Assembly (NCBI GenBank): GCA_030704615.1
Contig: CM060732.1
Span: 74,090,001-74,154,000, forward strand
DNA: 64,000 nucleotides
Source of the DNA: Takakia lepidozioides
Taxonomy: Eukaryota > Plantae > Bryophyta
Reading direction: 5' to 3'
Every line of letters begins with the position of its first letter. Position 1 is the stretch's first letter. The translations under genes were made by a program, and so were the position numbers. Of the stretch, positions 49,949-61,985 are shown in pieces. The notes beneath the pieces are model-generated. The model was not told the origin of the DNA and did not search any database. It saw only the letters and a list, made by a program, of their open reading frames with translations.

Positions 49949-52188
49949 GCGATGGAGAAAGCCTGCGCGAAGGGCGGACCCGACTGGATCGACTTTGTGC
50001 ACGTCACGCGTTTGAAGAAGTTGCGAAGATATTGATACTCCCCACAGGAGTACGATCGCAAAATAGTGGAAGCATGTATTGATCTCCGTGTAGCCAAGGA
50101 GGAGAAACCAGAATGGAAGAATGATAGGCTCAGGTGTCCTTTCTGTGAGGAAGCCATAAAGGACAAAATCCAATTGAACTGCCATTGTGTGGACATAGGT
50201 TGCGAGGGCACCATTCCACCGAATTTCAAAGCTGTGGCCCATACCGGTATCGCACAAAGCTAAAGATGAGGTTGTTTTCAATAGCCACGGCGCAAACCCA
50301 ATTCCGCGAAGTACAGAGGAATTGTGCCAACGATACTGGCGGGCTGCTGGAAGGATGCAACTAGGCAGTCTGGAGGAAGTGCCCGTGTCTCCCCGCAAGC
50401 GAAAACTCAGTGATGGGGCCAAAAAAAAAAGCGGGAGCGAAAGCGGCAAGGTCTGCTCACGATGCAAACCTGTCAGTCCTGCAGGGGGGTCCGTCCGAAG
50501 CGCGTCAGGCAGGCTCTGCTCGGGATGCAAGCATTGCGGGCCTACATGGGAGTCCGCCCGATGCGCGCCAGACCAGAAGGTCCCGGCAGACTATACCCAT
50601 CAGTTCCTCCAGTGAGTCTGAGTTTGCCGATGTTCTACCCCGTCGGTCTGCCGAGCGTACCGACAACATCATCCGAAGTAATGACTTCGAAGGGCAAGGT
50701 CCACTGTCAAGTGCAGTGGATATTGCCTTATCTGAGAGGACAAACTTGGACATGCTCATAGACAGCCTCGACGACAACACCTCTCTTGCCCACACCGCCC
50801 AGGAGACCCAGTAGCCTGGTCTGCGGGTTGGGCAGACCGAAGATATGGGACCTGAAAAGACCATCCACAAGTCTGCTGGTCCAGCTTGCCCGGGAACATT
50901 GCACCTACTTCGGTTTGGCGTTCTCCCACCAGTCTGCCCACCCCAAGACGATCCGCAGTTCTTCCCCTTTTTCTTCAGATATGTGCAGACAGGACGGACA
51001 ACATCAAGTATTCGGGAAGCCGAAAAAAAGTGGTTGAATGCCATGCGTGATGGCGATGCGGGCAACATACTTGACGAGGTAATGCTATCAAACCATTCCT
51101 GCAATTTTCTACATTCTTTTGGGACTACTGTCGATTAGTCTGTTGTGTCTTGTGGACTGTTGAGAGATCTTAGAGCTCCGAATGCCCAATGGATCGTGTG
51201 TGTTTTTGCTGCATAGCAGCTAGCTCCCGTATGAACCGACTTGTGGTGAAGCCGACAGACCTATTTCTTGTGTTGTCGCGTAGTCTGCTCATCTATGGAA
51301 GACTTCAGCAGACTGTATACGTCCATAATTAGGTCTTCTGAAATGTTTTTGTCTGCTGAAGTCTAGATTGTCTGCTAAGGTATGAGTGTCTGCTAAATAT
51401 CATGGTCTGCTGAGTATTGTGGTCTGCTGAATGTGGATTGTGGTGTGCTGATGGTCTGTTGATTGTCTACTGAGTGTCATTAAAATCAGTCAGTCCAATG
51501 GATCCGGTCTGTCCGATGAAGCTCATTTGTCTTTTGTTGCACAGCACATTGCTCAATCTATTCGCAAAGCCATATCAACTTGGCAGACGTCATGTCAGGA
51601 ACCTCCTTTGCAAGTGCGTGAGGTGTGGCTTGAACAGCGGGTTCGCGAGTACATTTTGATGAAATACCCCGGATCAGCAGCCGCCATAGACGAACTTGAC
51701 ACGGAGTCGGTAGGTCCCCTCCAGCAGACCGCTGACTTCATCACTCCTCAGGAGACCACAGCAGACCACGACAGACCTCAAGAGACCCAGCAGACCTCAT
51801 CACACCAAACCACAGTGAAGCACACGCCAACAATCATGAGCAGGACTCCTCGCACCTGGGCAGACCAAACCACGCCTCAGCAGACCTCATACCTGAGACT
51901 GGGCCAATTGGACAGGGTGAAGACTATGCCCATTTCCCCTCCACTGTGGGCATTTTTGGGGTGTGGAGATCGCCGTTACCGGTGGCGCCGAAGAACGCAG
52001 AGGATCCTACACTTCCCCGCTTCAGGATTGGTGACACAAGTGCCCATGTGGACTGGTACAGTGACCTGCACCACATTGTAACGGGCCGGAGGTGGCCCTT
52101 TGTCCCTTATCTCTATTCCATGGAGTATACTACAGAAGAAGCCAACCATGTTCTGGAGCAAGCAGGGAAAGTTGCTATTCTGAGATGA
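49949..52188 (+). pseudogene. Cargo gene of unknown function inside the TIR element (multi-exon, degenerate)
   Basis: Coding-like segments MEKACAKGG..RCPFCEEAIKDKIQLNCHC, FFRYVQTGR..WLNAMR, EVWLEQRVREYILMKYP, FRIGDTSAHVDWY..WPFVPYLYS, separated by GTCTG-rich intron-like tracts. Confidence 0.5.
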
Positions 52189-53094
52189 AGGCCTACATGC
52201 ACTCATACTATTCCCACCTATGCAAGTCCGTCAAAAGAAATCGTACAATGGCCGCAATACAGTCCAGTAGACAACCACCCCACCTCCTCACTTGGGCAGA
52301 CTACTTGGTTCTACTATTAACTACTGTTAGCAGACTACAACAGTCTCCATCTGTTTGACCAGTCTGCCGCGCAGTCTGCTGGCCGCTGAGCAGTCTGCCG
52401 GCTACTCTGTTGCATGCTGAGAAGTCTGTCGCGCAGTCTGCTCGCCGCTTATCAGTCTGCTCGGCAGAGTGTGTGGCACTTTGATGCATAGTTTATATGT
52501 GTGCAGTTGGGCTCCGTGTCTGGGCGAGTACGCTCCGTGGAAGCAGTCCGATGGACAGTGTAGAAGACCACACAGTCAGTCCATACTGTATATCTGTTGG
52601 ACCACCCAATCTGTTAGCCGAAAACCATCAGCAGACTTGGCAGTGTTATTCTGTACTTGTGTAGTATGCTTAGTAGTCTGTTTGGCCATTTCCGCGGTCT
52701 GTTGAGCAAAATGCCCAGTCTTCCTCAGCTGGACGGTGGGGCGCTTTGAGCTATGATGGAATGCACTTCCAGGCTGTTAATGATGCAAACATGTATGCAC
52801 TCTCAAGCAGATTGTGGACCTTTTATTTCTCTGCATGGAATATGATGGCATAACATTGTTTTGCTGTGTGAGTATGCTGTCTACTTGGGTCCCGCCCAAC
52901 GGTCTGAAACCTTAACAATTCTAGAGTATATTTTCGTTGCAGGTGTTGGGGCATACACCCTATTGCGCGTTCTCCGCAAGACTCTGGGTCGGGTTTTCCA
53001 TGCTTCGACGAAATCCCTCTTCCTTTTCAGAGACAAATTATTATTGTCGTCAACAGGTCGGAAAGGTTTTGCTGCACGAGGATGTTGTCATTGC

Positions 53095-53575
53095 GTATGA
53101 ACCCATGCGTCTTCAAATGAATTGCGTACCAGTAGTGTGTGAGCACACGGCCCGTGAGTTCCTATATTAGCCAATCAACTCTTCGACCAGTCATTTTGCC
53201 TTTCCCCATCCTCAATCTAGCCTTCAAGTTTCCATGGTATGCCTCAATGCTAGCATTTGTGTCTTGACTGGCATGTGGAACATGACGAGCAGCAGTACAC
53301 CACATTGCTATTTTAGGAGACATTCCTTGTCGATGTACTTTAAAAATTCCCGGGCATTCCGATATTTCTTTCTCATTTCCTTGATTGTTTTGGCAACCCA
53401 TAGAAGTGCTTTTTTGGGATCGCTTGGTCCACCTCTACAGTACATGAGGTCTCTCATATCCTTCGACATGTTTGCTGCAGTAACGGGATCTTTGGTCTTC
53501 TGGCATGATTGCTTTACCCATGCCTTGCGGACATGCCAAAGCACAGGAAAATGAGGACTCCTTTGAAAGCAACCC
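53095..53575 (-). pseudogene. MULE transposase C-terminal fragment
   Basis: LWHVRKAW..FLKYIDKE, then (frameshift) KIAMW..PHASQDTNASIEAYHGNLK..RRVDWLI..HYWY, as in plant MULE/SWIM-family proteins. Confidence 0.8.
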
Positions 53576-54284
53576 TGCACATAACACATCCACATGAGGC
53601 ACTTCAGAGGGAACCCCGGTCGGTGGACACCAACCGAGTGTTGGAGACCTCCAACAGACTTCACACCAATCCCTACACGGACTTGGTGGTAAGACACTGC
53701 CTGCGGGTATGGCGGGCTGACTTCCCCTCCCAAGTGACTTCCCCACACGAGTGTGCAGCGGAGTCTTCGAGTCGAGTCTGCCAACGGACTCGCGCATGCG
53801 AGTCTGCCAGGGTACTGGCGCAGGCGTGTCTGCCAGCCGAGTAGCCCAAAGTAGACTCCACACCAACCCCTACATGAACTTGGTCGCAAGACACTGCCTA
53901 CGGGTTGGGCGGGATGCCTTCCCCTCCCAAGTCTGCCAGCAGACCCATGAAGGGTGCCAGCAGACTCGCCCCTGCGAGTCTTCTGGTGGACTCGGCCGGG
54001 CAAGTCTGCCAGCAACTTGGTCGGGCGAGTCGGGCTTGCCCACGCGACTTGGTCCGAGTCCAGTCTGCCAACAGACTCGTGCATGCGAGTCTCTTAGGGA
54101 ACTGTCGCACCCGGGAGGGGTAGCCGGCTGGTGCAACCGCGGCAGCAGCGGCGGGCGTGGGCGACCGCGGGCAACGGCGGGCGGGTGGGTGCGGGTGGGG
54201 GGGGGCGCCCCTCGTCCGGACGAGGGGCCCACCGTCCTTCTCGCACGCTTGCGTTCATGACCCTATTATTGTAAAATGAGAGGC

Positions 54285-55110
54285 CGAATGGTCTCATATT
54301 TACAGTTTTGCCTCGCTATTATGATATGCTAAATATTTTTGCAGTCTACTTATGCCAAAATCAAAGTGTTTTGGCCAGCAAATTGCGACAGTGTCAAACG
54401 GGTGTCAATTGATTGGAAACTGATTTCGCTAAATGAAATATGTCTAAACCGATTGGGATTCGGTATAAAGATGGGTATGAGGGATACTTCAACATGTAGC
54501 TCTCGATAAATAGATTATAACCCAGGCACAACTGTGGGAGAATATCAACGACAGTGTATTTCACCCTATGAAACAAGGCGTGAGATACATATCTCACGTA
54601 GGCCCTACCATTGTTTTATTGATATGAATTGTAACATGTGCCCAACTGGGAACTAAAACTTTCATGTTCCTATTAAGTCTCATGGGAACAACCCATGATA
54701 TAAGGTTTAAGGTCACTTGATGCGTAGTCCCTACCCTGTCGGGCAGGGCCAATAAAGGTGTACAACATTCTGAACATTCTTTCAATGGAGGAGGTCCGTC
54801 AGGGAGAGAGTGGACCTGCGTTAGGAATGGTGACAGCGTGTACAAACATGAAGGTGTCGAAGATCCTACACCCATATTCACTCCACAATCTTCAAAAAAT
54901 CGCTCCATAGTCATATGACCTCCCAATGAAAGATAAGGAAGTGCGTCGTGGATGTCATTTCAAGCAGAAAAATCAGCATTGTAATACACAGTTCTGACCT
55001 CATAATAATGGACAACCAGCATGTTGCCCAGTGGTAACCGGCACATACCACGTTGGATGTGGTTGTGGGTTCAGACCACCGTCTGGTGTGTCATGAAGGT
55101 GTCCACCTTC
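54285..55110 (-). pseudogene. Highly decayed gypsy integrase remnant, probably continuing at about 47900-48154 on the other side of the TIR element
   Basis: Traces LHDTPDGG..AGYHW, DILPQLCLGYN..LY, and VGDYLV beyond the left TIR. Confidence 0.4.
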
Positions 55111-55869
55111 CTGTTATAAGAGGTAAAAAATAAAAAAGAGTTGGACTAAAATTTTAAAAAATAAAAAAAAATAAAAAAAAATAATGATGATAATAATATG
55201 TTCCTCCCATAATTCGTCAGTAAGCATAACATATATGTATAAAAGTACACATAAGATATCTGTCCAAAAGTAAAGGGATAGCTGTTGAAGAGAGTCCAAC
55301 CATGCAAACTAGTTCCAAAAGAACCAAAAAGAAATAGCTACAAAAGGATCATCATTTCATATAGACAAATAGCAAATCATGTGAAGTGGCCCGGTAGTCA
55401 CTCACTGAATGGAAACATTAGTGTCAATCGGACCATTCATTCTGAACAGCGTCACCAGATCGATAGGCTTGTTATATTCATTCTGTCATTCTCCTCGGCA
55501 GTTGGTGGCTTCTGAGAACAAGAGGGAGAATATGTCTCCCAAGGAAACATTGATAGCCAAATTCAGCACAAGACCACTGCAATGCCCTTGGCATGGACAA
55601 CGAGGCTGCTGGCATTCTATTGCTGCAGGTGTCAAAGAAGTATTTCTCTAGTATCCACAAATACTTCAAAACTTGAAAGTCAGCTGGCAGCCTGGCCTCA
55701 CAGCCTTGGCCAACATCATCTTTAACCCAGACTGAGAATCAAGCTACTGGCTGGACTGCGCTTTCAGCGATGGCCGTGTTGACTCTTGTCCTCTTTCCTG
55801 CTCTCTATCTTGGACTCCTGTTTCTGCGATTGAATGCACCAGTCAGTAATCCACTTTATATCAGCTGTC

Positions 55870-56400
55870 CCTGTTGTTGATTATGATTTCAAGAGCAGAG
55901 CAAAATCAAAGAAACCTTACTGCCGGCAGATTTTTTAGGCTCTTACCATGTGTTGCCGACACCTATCCTTCAATCTCTATCTTCAGAAGCAGAGAGGAAA
56001 GGGAGAGTGCAATTGCCTGTTGTTTGGGCAACCCGAAGACAATATTCATTTTCTGATTCACTGTCCGGGGTACTCTCACCAGAGAGAAGCTCTCCAATCT
56101 ATCAAGAGAATTGTGCCTGTACCTCTGTTTACCAACTTTGAAAGTCTTGAGGCTGAGCCAAAAGCCCAAGCCCTTCTGAGGCCTAGTTTTTGGGCAAATC
56201 ACACACAGCAGATTGCTGCTTGTGTGCTTGTGTGAAGGGATTTCTAGAGGATATCTGGAAAACCCGAATCAATTCTTTGTATAAAGGTAAGTCTTACTAC
56301 CAATGTCAACCCCTGACAGAGGTAGGTTCTGTCCCTTTGGTTTCCGCTCAAACTGGGCGCGGGGTCAATGGCCACAAGGCTACGGCAAACAACGTCGTAT
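55870..56400 (+). mobile_element. 3' fragment of a LINE ORF2
   Basis: C-terminal zinc motif CLLFGQPEDNIHFLIHCPGYSHQREAL followed by FLEDIWKTR. Confidence 0.65.
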
Positions 56401-56595
56401 GAGTACATTCTATCTTCAGTCTACCTTTGAATAATAAACAAATGCAGAGAGGAAAGGGAGATTGTCAATACCCGATGTGCTGGCGGCCTGAATACAACAT
56501 CCGGGGTTCTCATCCCCAAGGTGCATATCCTGTGTGGTCATTCTTTCCAGCTTCAAATTTTACACAAACCACTTTGTTTCATGTTGTTCGCTACT

Positions 56596-59217
56596 TCACC
56601 AGTACTCCCCACAAGAACAAACCCCATTGTGGAAGTGGTGAAAGCGGTTGGCATCCCGTACCACAATTGTTCGCCCAACAATTTTTGATATAATCTTGAT
56701 GGCTGTGTGGCAATCACCACACACCCTAAGGTTCTTGATGACATAAAGAGGCCTCCCAGGTGATGTGGTGATGAGCCCAAAAGCAATGGCTAGCTTCTCA
56801 CTGTGGTAGCAAAGAGAAATTTCCTTTTGCTCCTTGTCCACCTCCTGCAATACAAAGCGCGTATCAGGCACGTACCCGGCCTCTTTCATCCACCCAGACA
56901 ATCTCTCCAACTCAGCATGGATTAGCTTGACTTGTGGATGCGATCGGTCATCTGCAACAAATGTATGCACCTGATTATTGACCTCAATGCAGCAGCGACC
57001 TGGATCCTTCCTGACACCTCTGTCCTTCATCATTTTCCTCACCTTTTCGGTGTCGTCCCACCTGCCAGCTGCAGCATAGATGTTTGATAGCAATACATAC
57101 GGTGCAGAATCCTGTGGATCCCACTTGAGAAGGCCTTTTGCTGCACGTTCTGCTACCTCAACCTTGCCATGAATTCTGCAGGAACCAAGCAATGCCCCCC
57201 ACACTGCTGCAGGTGGTTCGATTGGCATTCTTTTAATGAAATCCTCTGCCTCATCCAACTGCCCTGCACGGCCAAGAAGGTCCACCATGCAGCCAAAATG
57301 CTCTGCTGAAGGGGTGAGGCCATGATCTTGACTCATGGAATCAAAGTAGAGAATTCCTTCATCCACTAGGCCCACATGGCTACATGCAGAGAGAAGACAT
57401 ATGAAAGTGATAGCAGTCGGCTTCAACCCTTCCTTTTTCATTCCTTCAAACAGTTGTGGGGCTTCCCTGCCCCACCCATGCTGGGCATATCCTGCCATCA
57501 TTGCATTCCATGTGACCTCATCTCGTTCAGTCATATTATCAAACACTTGATGCGCAGCCTTTATATTCCCACATTTTGCATACATATCAACAAGGGTATT
57601 CTGCAGAATGATATCTGGCTCAATCCCAGCTCGGATTATGTCAGCATGGATCTCCTTGCCCTTTTCAATGGCTGCCAGGCTGGCACACGCATTGAGGAGG
57701 CCAACAAACGTGACTTGGTCAGGCTTCACTCCTTCCCGTATCATTTCTTCGTAGGTCTCCAAAGCCTCCCTTCCAAACCCATGCTGAGCATATCCTGCAA
57801 TCATTGTATTCCATGACACCACATTTCGTTCAGCCATATTGTCAAACACCTGACGTGCATCCATTGTGTTCCTGCATTTGGCATACATGTCAACGAGGGT
57901 GTTCTCGAGAATGATAGTCGGCTGAATTCTGGCTTTGATGATGTCAGCATGGATCTTTTTGCCCTTTTCCAGGGCTGACAGGTTGGCACATGCATTAAGA
58001 ATGCAAATGAATGTTACCTGGTTAGGCGTCACCCCTTCCTGTATCATTTGTCCATACGCCTCCAAAGCCTTCCCACCACACCCATGCTGAGCATAACATG
58101 CAATCATTGCACTCCATGAGACCACACTTCGTTCAGCCATATTGTCAAATACTTTCTGTGCATCCTTCATGCTCCCGCATTTGGCGTACATGTCAACAAG
58201 GGTATTTTCCAGAATTACATCTGCTGCAATTCCAGCTTTGATGATGTCACCATGGACTACTCTGCCTTTTTCCAGTGACCCCAGGCTGGCACATGCACCG
58301 AGAATGCCAACGAAAGTTACTTGGTTGGGCATGACCCCTTCCCCTTTCATGTGCTCATATGTCTCCAAAGCCTCCCTACCACATCCATGCTGAGCATATC
58401 CTGCGATCATTGTGCTCCATGAGACCACATTTCGGTAAGCCATATTTTGAAACACTCGGCATGCATCCTCTACATGTCCACATTTCGTATACATGTTGAG
58501 AAGGGTATTCTCAAGTACGATATCTGGTGCAATTCCAGCTTTGAAGATGTCGTCATGGACCAATTTGCCATTTTCCAGGGCTCCTAGGTTGGCACACGCC
58601 TTCAGGGCAGAAATGAAGGTGACCCTGTTGGGCATCACTCCTTCCTGTATCATACGCTCATAGATCTCAAAGCCCTCCCTACCAAACCCTTGCTTGGCAT
58701 ATCCTGCCATCATTATGTTCCATGTGTACAAATCTCGTTCAGGCATTTTGTCAAACACTTGGCGTGCATCCACAATATGGCCACACTTGGCGTACATGTT
58801 GACAAGGTTGTTATATAGAAAGATGTTTGGCTTAAATCCACTTTGAATGATGTGGGCATGCACCTGCTTGCCCTCTGCTATGCTTTCCATCTTGATGCAA
58901 TCTTGCAAGAGACAGACGTAAGTATTGGTGTCCGCTGATATGCGTTGTTGGTTCAAAATGTGCAGTGACTCTTTCAGTTGTCCTGCCTTACTTAGAGTCC
59001 TGACATCCCCACAAGTGCCAGAAGAGTTATTGTGGACTCTCCATCTTGGTCCCCTTTCAACACGGGTGGTCAAGATGGAGGGGCCTAATTCAAACAACTG
59101 AGCTCCTGCTGCCTCCAATTGGCCACCTAGCCATGTAATGCTCTTGGCGCTATCAATGCACAATGAGACATTGGTACTCTTTTGCTTGAAATCTGGTCCA
59201 CAAGGATGGCTCTGCAC
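56596..59217 (-). CDS. PLS-class pentatricopeptide repeat protein with E1/E2 and DYW deaminase domain (organellar RNA editing factor)
   Basis: Uninterrupted 873-codon frame. P-L-S repeats (VVSWNTMIAGYAQHG; TLVDMYAKCG), PG box KDPGRCCIEV, HSEKLA, LRVCGDCH, CSCGEYW. True start unclear (the ORF starts at GTG). Confidence 0.97.
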   Translation of the reverse strand: MQSHPCGPDFKQKSTNVSLCIDSAKSITWLGGQLEAAGAQLFELGPSILTTRVERGPRWRVHNNSSGTCGDVRTLSKAGQLKESLHILNQQRISADTNTYVCLLQDCIKMESIAEGKQVHAHIIQSGFKPNIFLYNNLVNMYAKCGHIVDARQVFDKMPERDLYTWNIMMAGYAKQGFGREGFEIYERMIQEGVMPNRVTFISALKACANLGALENGKLVHDDIFKAGIAPDIVLENTLLNMYTKCGHVEDACRVFQNMAYRNVVSWSTMIAGYAQHGCGREALETYEHMKGEGVMPNQVTFVGILGACASLGSLEKGRVVHGDIIKAGIAADVILENTLVDMYAKCGSMKDAQKVFDNMAERSVVSWSAMIACYAQHGCGGKALEAYGQMIQEGVTPNQVTFICILNACANLSALEKGKKIHADIIKARIQPTIILENTLVDMYAKCRNTMDARQVFDNMAERNVVSWNTMIAGYAQHGFGREALETYEEMIREGVKPDQVTFVGLLNACASLAAIEKGKEIHADIIRAGIEPDIILQNTLVDMYAKCGNIKAAHQVFDNMTERDEVTWNAMMAGYAQHGWGREAPQLFEGMKKEGLKPTAITFICLLSACSHVGLVDEGILYFDSMSQDHGLTPSAEHFGCMVDLLGRAGQLDEAEDFIKRMPIEPPAAVWGALLGSCRIHGKVEVAERAAKGLLKWDPQDSAPYVLLSNIYAAAGRWDDTEKVRKMMKDRGVRKDPGRCCIEVNNQVHTFVADDRSHPQVKLIHAELERLSGWMKEAGYVPDTRFVLQEVDKEQKEISLCYHSEKLAIAFGLITTSPGRPLYVIKNLRVCGDCHTAIKIISKIVGRTIVVRDANRFHHFHNGVCSCGEYW

Positions 59218-61319
59218 CCATACTCGATCCCAGTACCTTCAGTACTCGTCTCCCCTACCACAAGCAGCTGACAATGACAACCCATAATGTACATGGCAGA
59301 CACCTCCCCTACCTACCAAACACCACTTCCTAAGCTGAATTGGTGGCAAGATAATAAAAAGGTAGGCTCTGTGAGGAACAGGGAAAGAAAAACATGTCTC
59401 GCAACGTTGGCTGCAGCATACTCTTAGAGTAACTAGTTGCCACTGAATATGAGTCTTTCGGTGTCAGTTGAAACCCCACCAGGATTAAAAACTAGGCCAA
59501 ACTTATCATACTGCTGTTCACATACAGTCCTGTCAATGAAACAAACTGAGTAAAGGTGATTGAGTGTTGAGGCATTGACAATCATGGCAGAATGCAGAAG
59601 GTCAGTATCCATACTGCTACGTTAGGAAAAAAAACCCACCCACGAAGCAGGTGGCTGTTTTCCCAACACGAGGTATTTGAGATGGTGCAAAATTCCCATA
59701 AAGCTCATGGACAGGCAATCAAGGTGCGGGGATATTAATACACTGACATAACCCTCATACTATAAATCATAAGGTGCTCATCTTATTGCCTCAATCGACC
59801 CACGACTGACTGGGGTTTGAATGTCAAATACAAATGATCGTCATTTGTATTTCAACTAAACCTGTATGGAAAATTGACAAAAAAAGAGAGAAGGGGGAAG
59901 AAAAGGGCTGGGAATGGGGAAACTCATAGTTATCACCTGATCCATCTGATCGAGAATGAACGAGCCTAAATGTGTTGCAGAAGAAGCAACATGTCCTGAA
60001 CCTGGAAGCATAACAATGCTGGTAGCACCCAGTAATCTTCATAGGCCTTAACAGACAAAAACCATATGGAAAGAGCCATCCCTGCCAAAGTGCCTGCACA
60101 TAACTGAATTGATGCCGAATGTAAGGAAAACTGTGGAAAGATGAACTTGCAGTTACCACCTGATCATAGAGGCATTGGTTGATACTTACCCTTTGCTGCT
60201 GTCAGCTCCTCTAGTCGTCCATCTGTCCATGCCAGTTTCTTGTTTGTATCAATACACAGTGCCTTGATACTACTCTTGTGCATTAAATGTGGTCCTCTAG
60301 GACGGATCTGCACCCCACTCCACCAGTGTAATTCATGTCATTGCCTCCAGAAAGAGAGTGCCATATCATCCCCCTTGCTGCTAGTAGCTGGCAATGACAA
60401 CCCATAATTACCCTTACCTACCGTACATCAATTCCTTGCTGAGAGATGTGGTCCCTGGCAAGCATTGGCGACACCATGCCTTTGCTGGACTATCCCCACA
60501 AAACTTTAAAGAGTTCAGGGCATTGAGTGTCGTTTCTGCGGGCTGGCATTTACCTCATGTTAAAAAACAGGACGTTATAGTTTATACCACTACAGCTACG
60601 TTAGCCCTCCACCTTACACATGAAACATGTGGATGTGGCTGCACTTCAGATTGAACTGCAAAAGAGAATGTAGTAATTGACGATTGCGAAACGTGGCCTC
60701 CCCATGATATAGTTCCCCTTTGTAAAGCAAGATCTGAAGCCCTCCAGTTTGCAGCAGACGTGAAACACACGAATGTGGTTGTAAGGTGGAGATAATGCGG
60801 CATCGCCCACACACTAGACAAATCCCCCACTGCACTTGCATATGTGCCAGATGCAAATATGGTTCCAGTGTTGAGTAGAAATGACACGCACACAGAGCGA
60901 GAACTAAAGTGTGCGTTGGGTATGCGGGAGAAAAAAATCAAGTGCAATATCAAAGGCATTCACCTGATTGCCAAGATCATCCCACCACCGAGTGGGTTGT
61001 AGAAAACAAAGCTTCTCCTCTTCTCTGCTTTCTCGGAAATTTTCCAGTGTTCGCGATCTGTTTGTTGAATTTGAACACCGGCGGATATGACCACCCATTT
61101 GCCTCCACCTCCAGGTGCTCCCCTTGCTCATCCCCCAACCCATACCCCTGCTCCCCCACAATCCCACCCACCACAATCTGTTCGAAACAAACCTCAATGT
61201 GATGCGGTTTGCAAACAGAAGAGGCTGGACCCCGGCGTCTTCCTCCTCTCATCAACGTCTGCCTTCGATCCAAAAGGATAAGGAGAGATTATACTACACT
61301 TCCCGCTCGCTCAGCAAGC

Positions 61320-61392
61320 CGCCGCCCGGGGGGCTCGAACCCCCGACCACAAGGTTAAGAGCCTTGCGCTCTACCAACTGAGCTAGGGCGGC
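61320..61392 (-). tRNA. tRNA-Lys(CUU)
   Basis: GCCGCCC TAGCTCAGTTGGTAGAGC G CAAGG CTCTTAA CCTTG TGGTC GGGGG TTCGAGC CCCCC GGGCGGC G; full cloverleaf, 73 nt, TTTT about 45 nt downstream. Confidence 0.97.
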
Positions 61393-61934
61393 TTCTGGTA
61401 GGAGGGTGTATCCTTGTGTGGATATATCGCTTTATCACTGCCAATTGACCTGGGTATGTGCCCAGGTCGGAGTAAGGGTATTGTAGAACATACCATTCTT
61501 GGGACTTATACCCCGGCTATACCGTGGACCCCGGGTTTTGAACATTGGACCTACCCCCTACCAGACTAGTCTCGTATGAACTATTTTCATACTCCGCTTG
61601 AGACCCATATTGAGGATTGATGAACCCAGCCTGCATGGGAATGCGTAAGGACACAACTTTTTTGTGCTTATCCTCATTCACATTTGTGCAAAAAATAAAG
61701 AAATCATTATTTGTGTAAAACTTATTTGTGTGTGTGTGTGTTGTGCTATTTTAATAGAATAAAATAACCTAAACCTAAAAATTTAATGTATTAAAAATAC
61801 TAATTATTAGGGTAGAACATAGAAGAGTGCTATTAGGAGATTTTCTACTGTAAATAATGCATGTGTCCATTCAAATCTCAGAAAATGGGAATGCTACTAA
61901 CCCTCGTTTATGTCGAGTGAAGGCAATATATTCA

Positions 61935-61985
61935 GCTTGTTTCAATTGTGGACAACATGGGCACATCAAAAGGAATTGTCCCCTA
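61935..61985 (+). pseudogene. Isolated CCHC zinc-knuckle remnant (gag-like)
   Basis: ACFNCGQHGHIKRNCP in ORF 61857..62177 with no other recognisable domains. Confidence 0.5.

Larger units (their letters stand above)
48155..54284. mobile_element. 6.1-kb DNA transposon with 75-bp TIRs, non-autonomous MULE-like
   Basis: TIRs 48155-48229 and 54210-54284 (1 mismatch); flanks GGAAT / CGAAT; internal MULE fragment. Confidence 0.92.

Noticed and set aside
57376-58393. Antisense ORFs over the PPR gene (similarly over the ARM gene and TNP2)
   Set aside because: Shadow frames of real coding sequence on the opposite strand.
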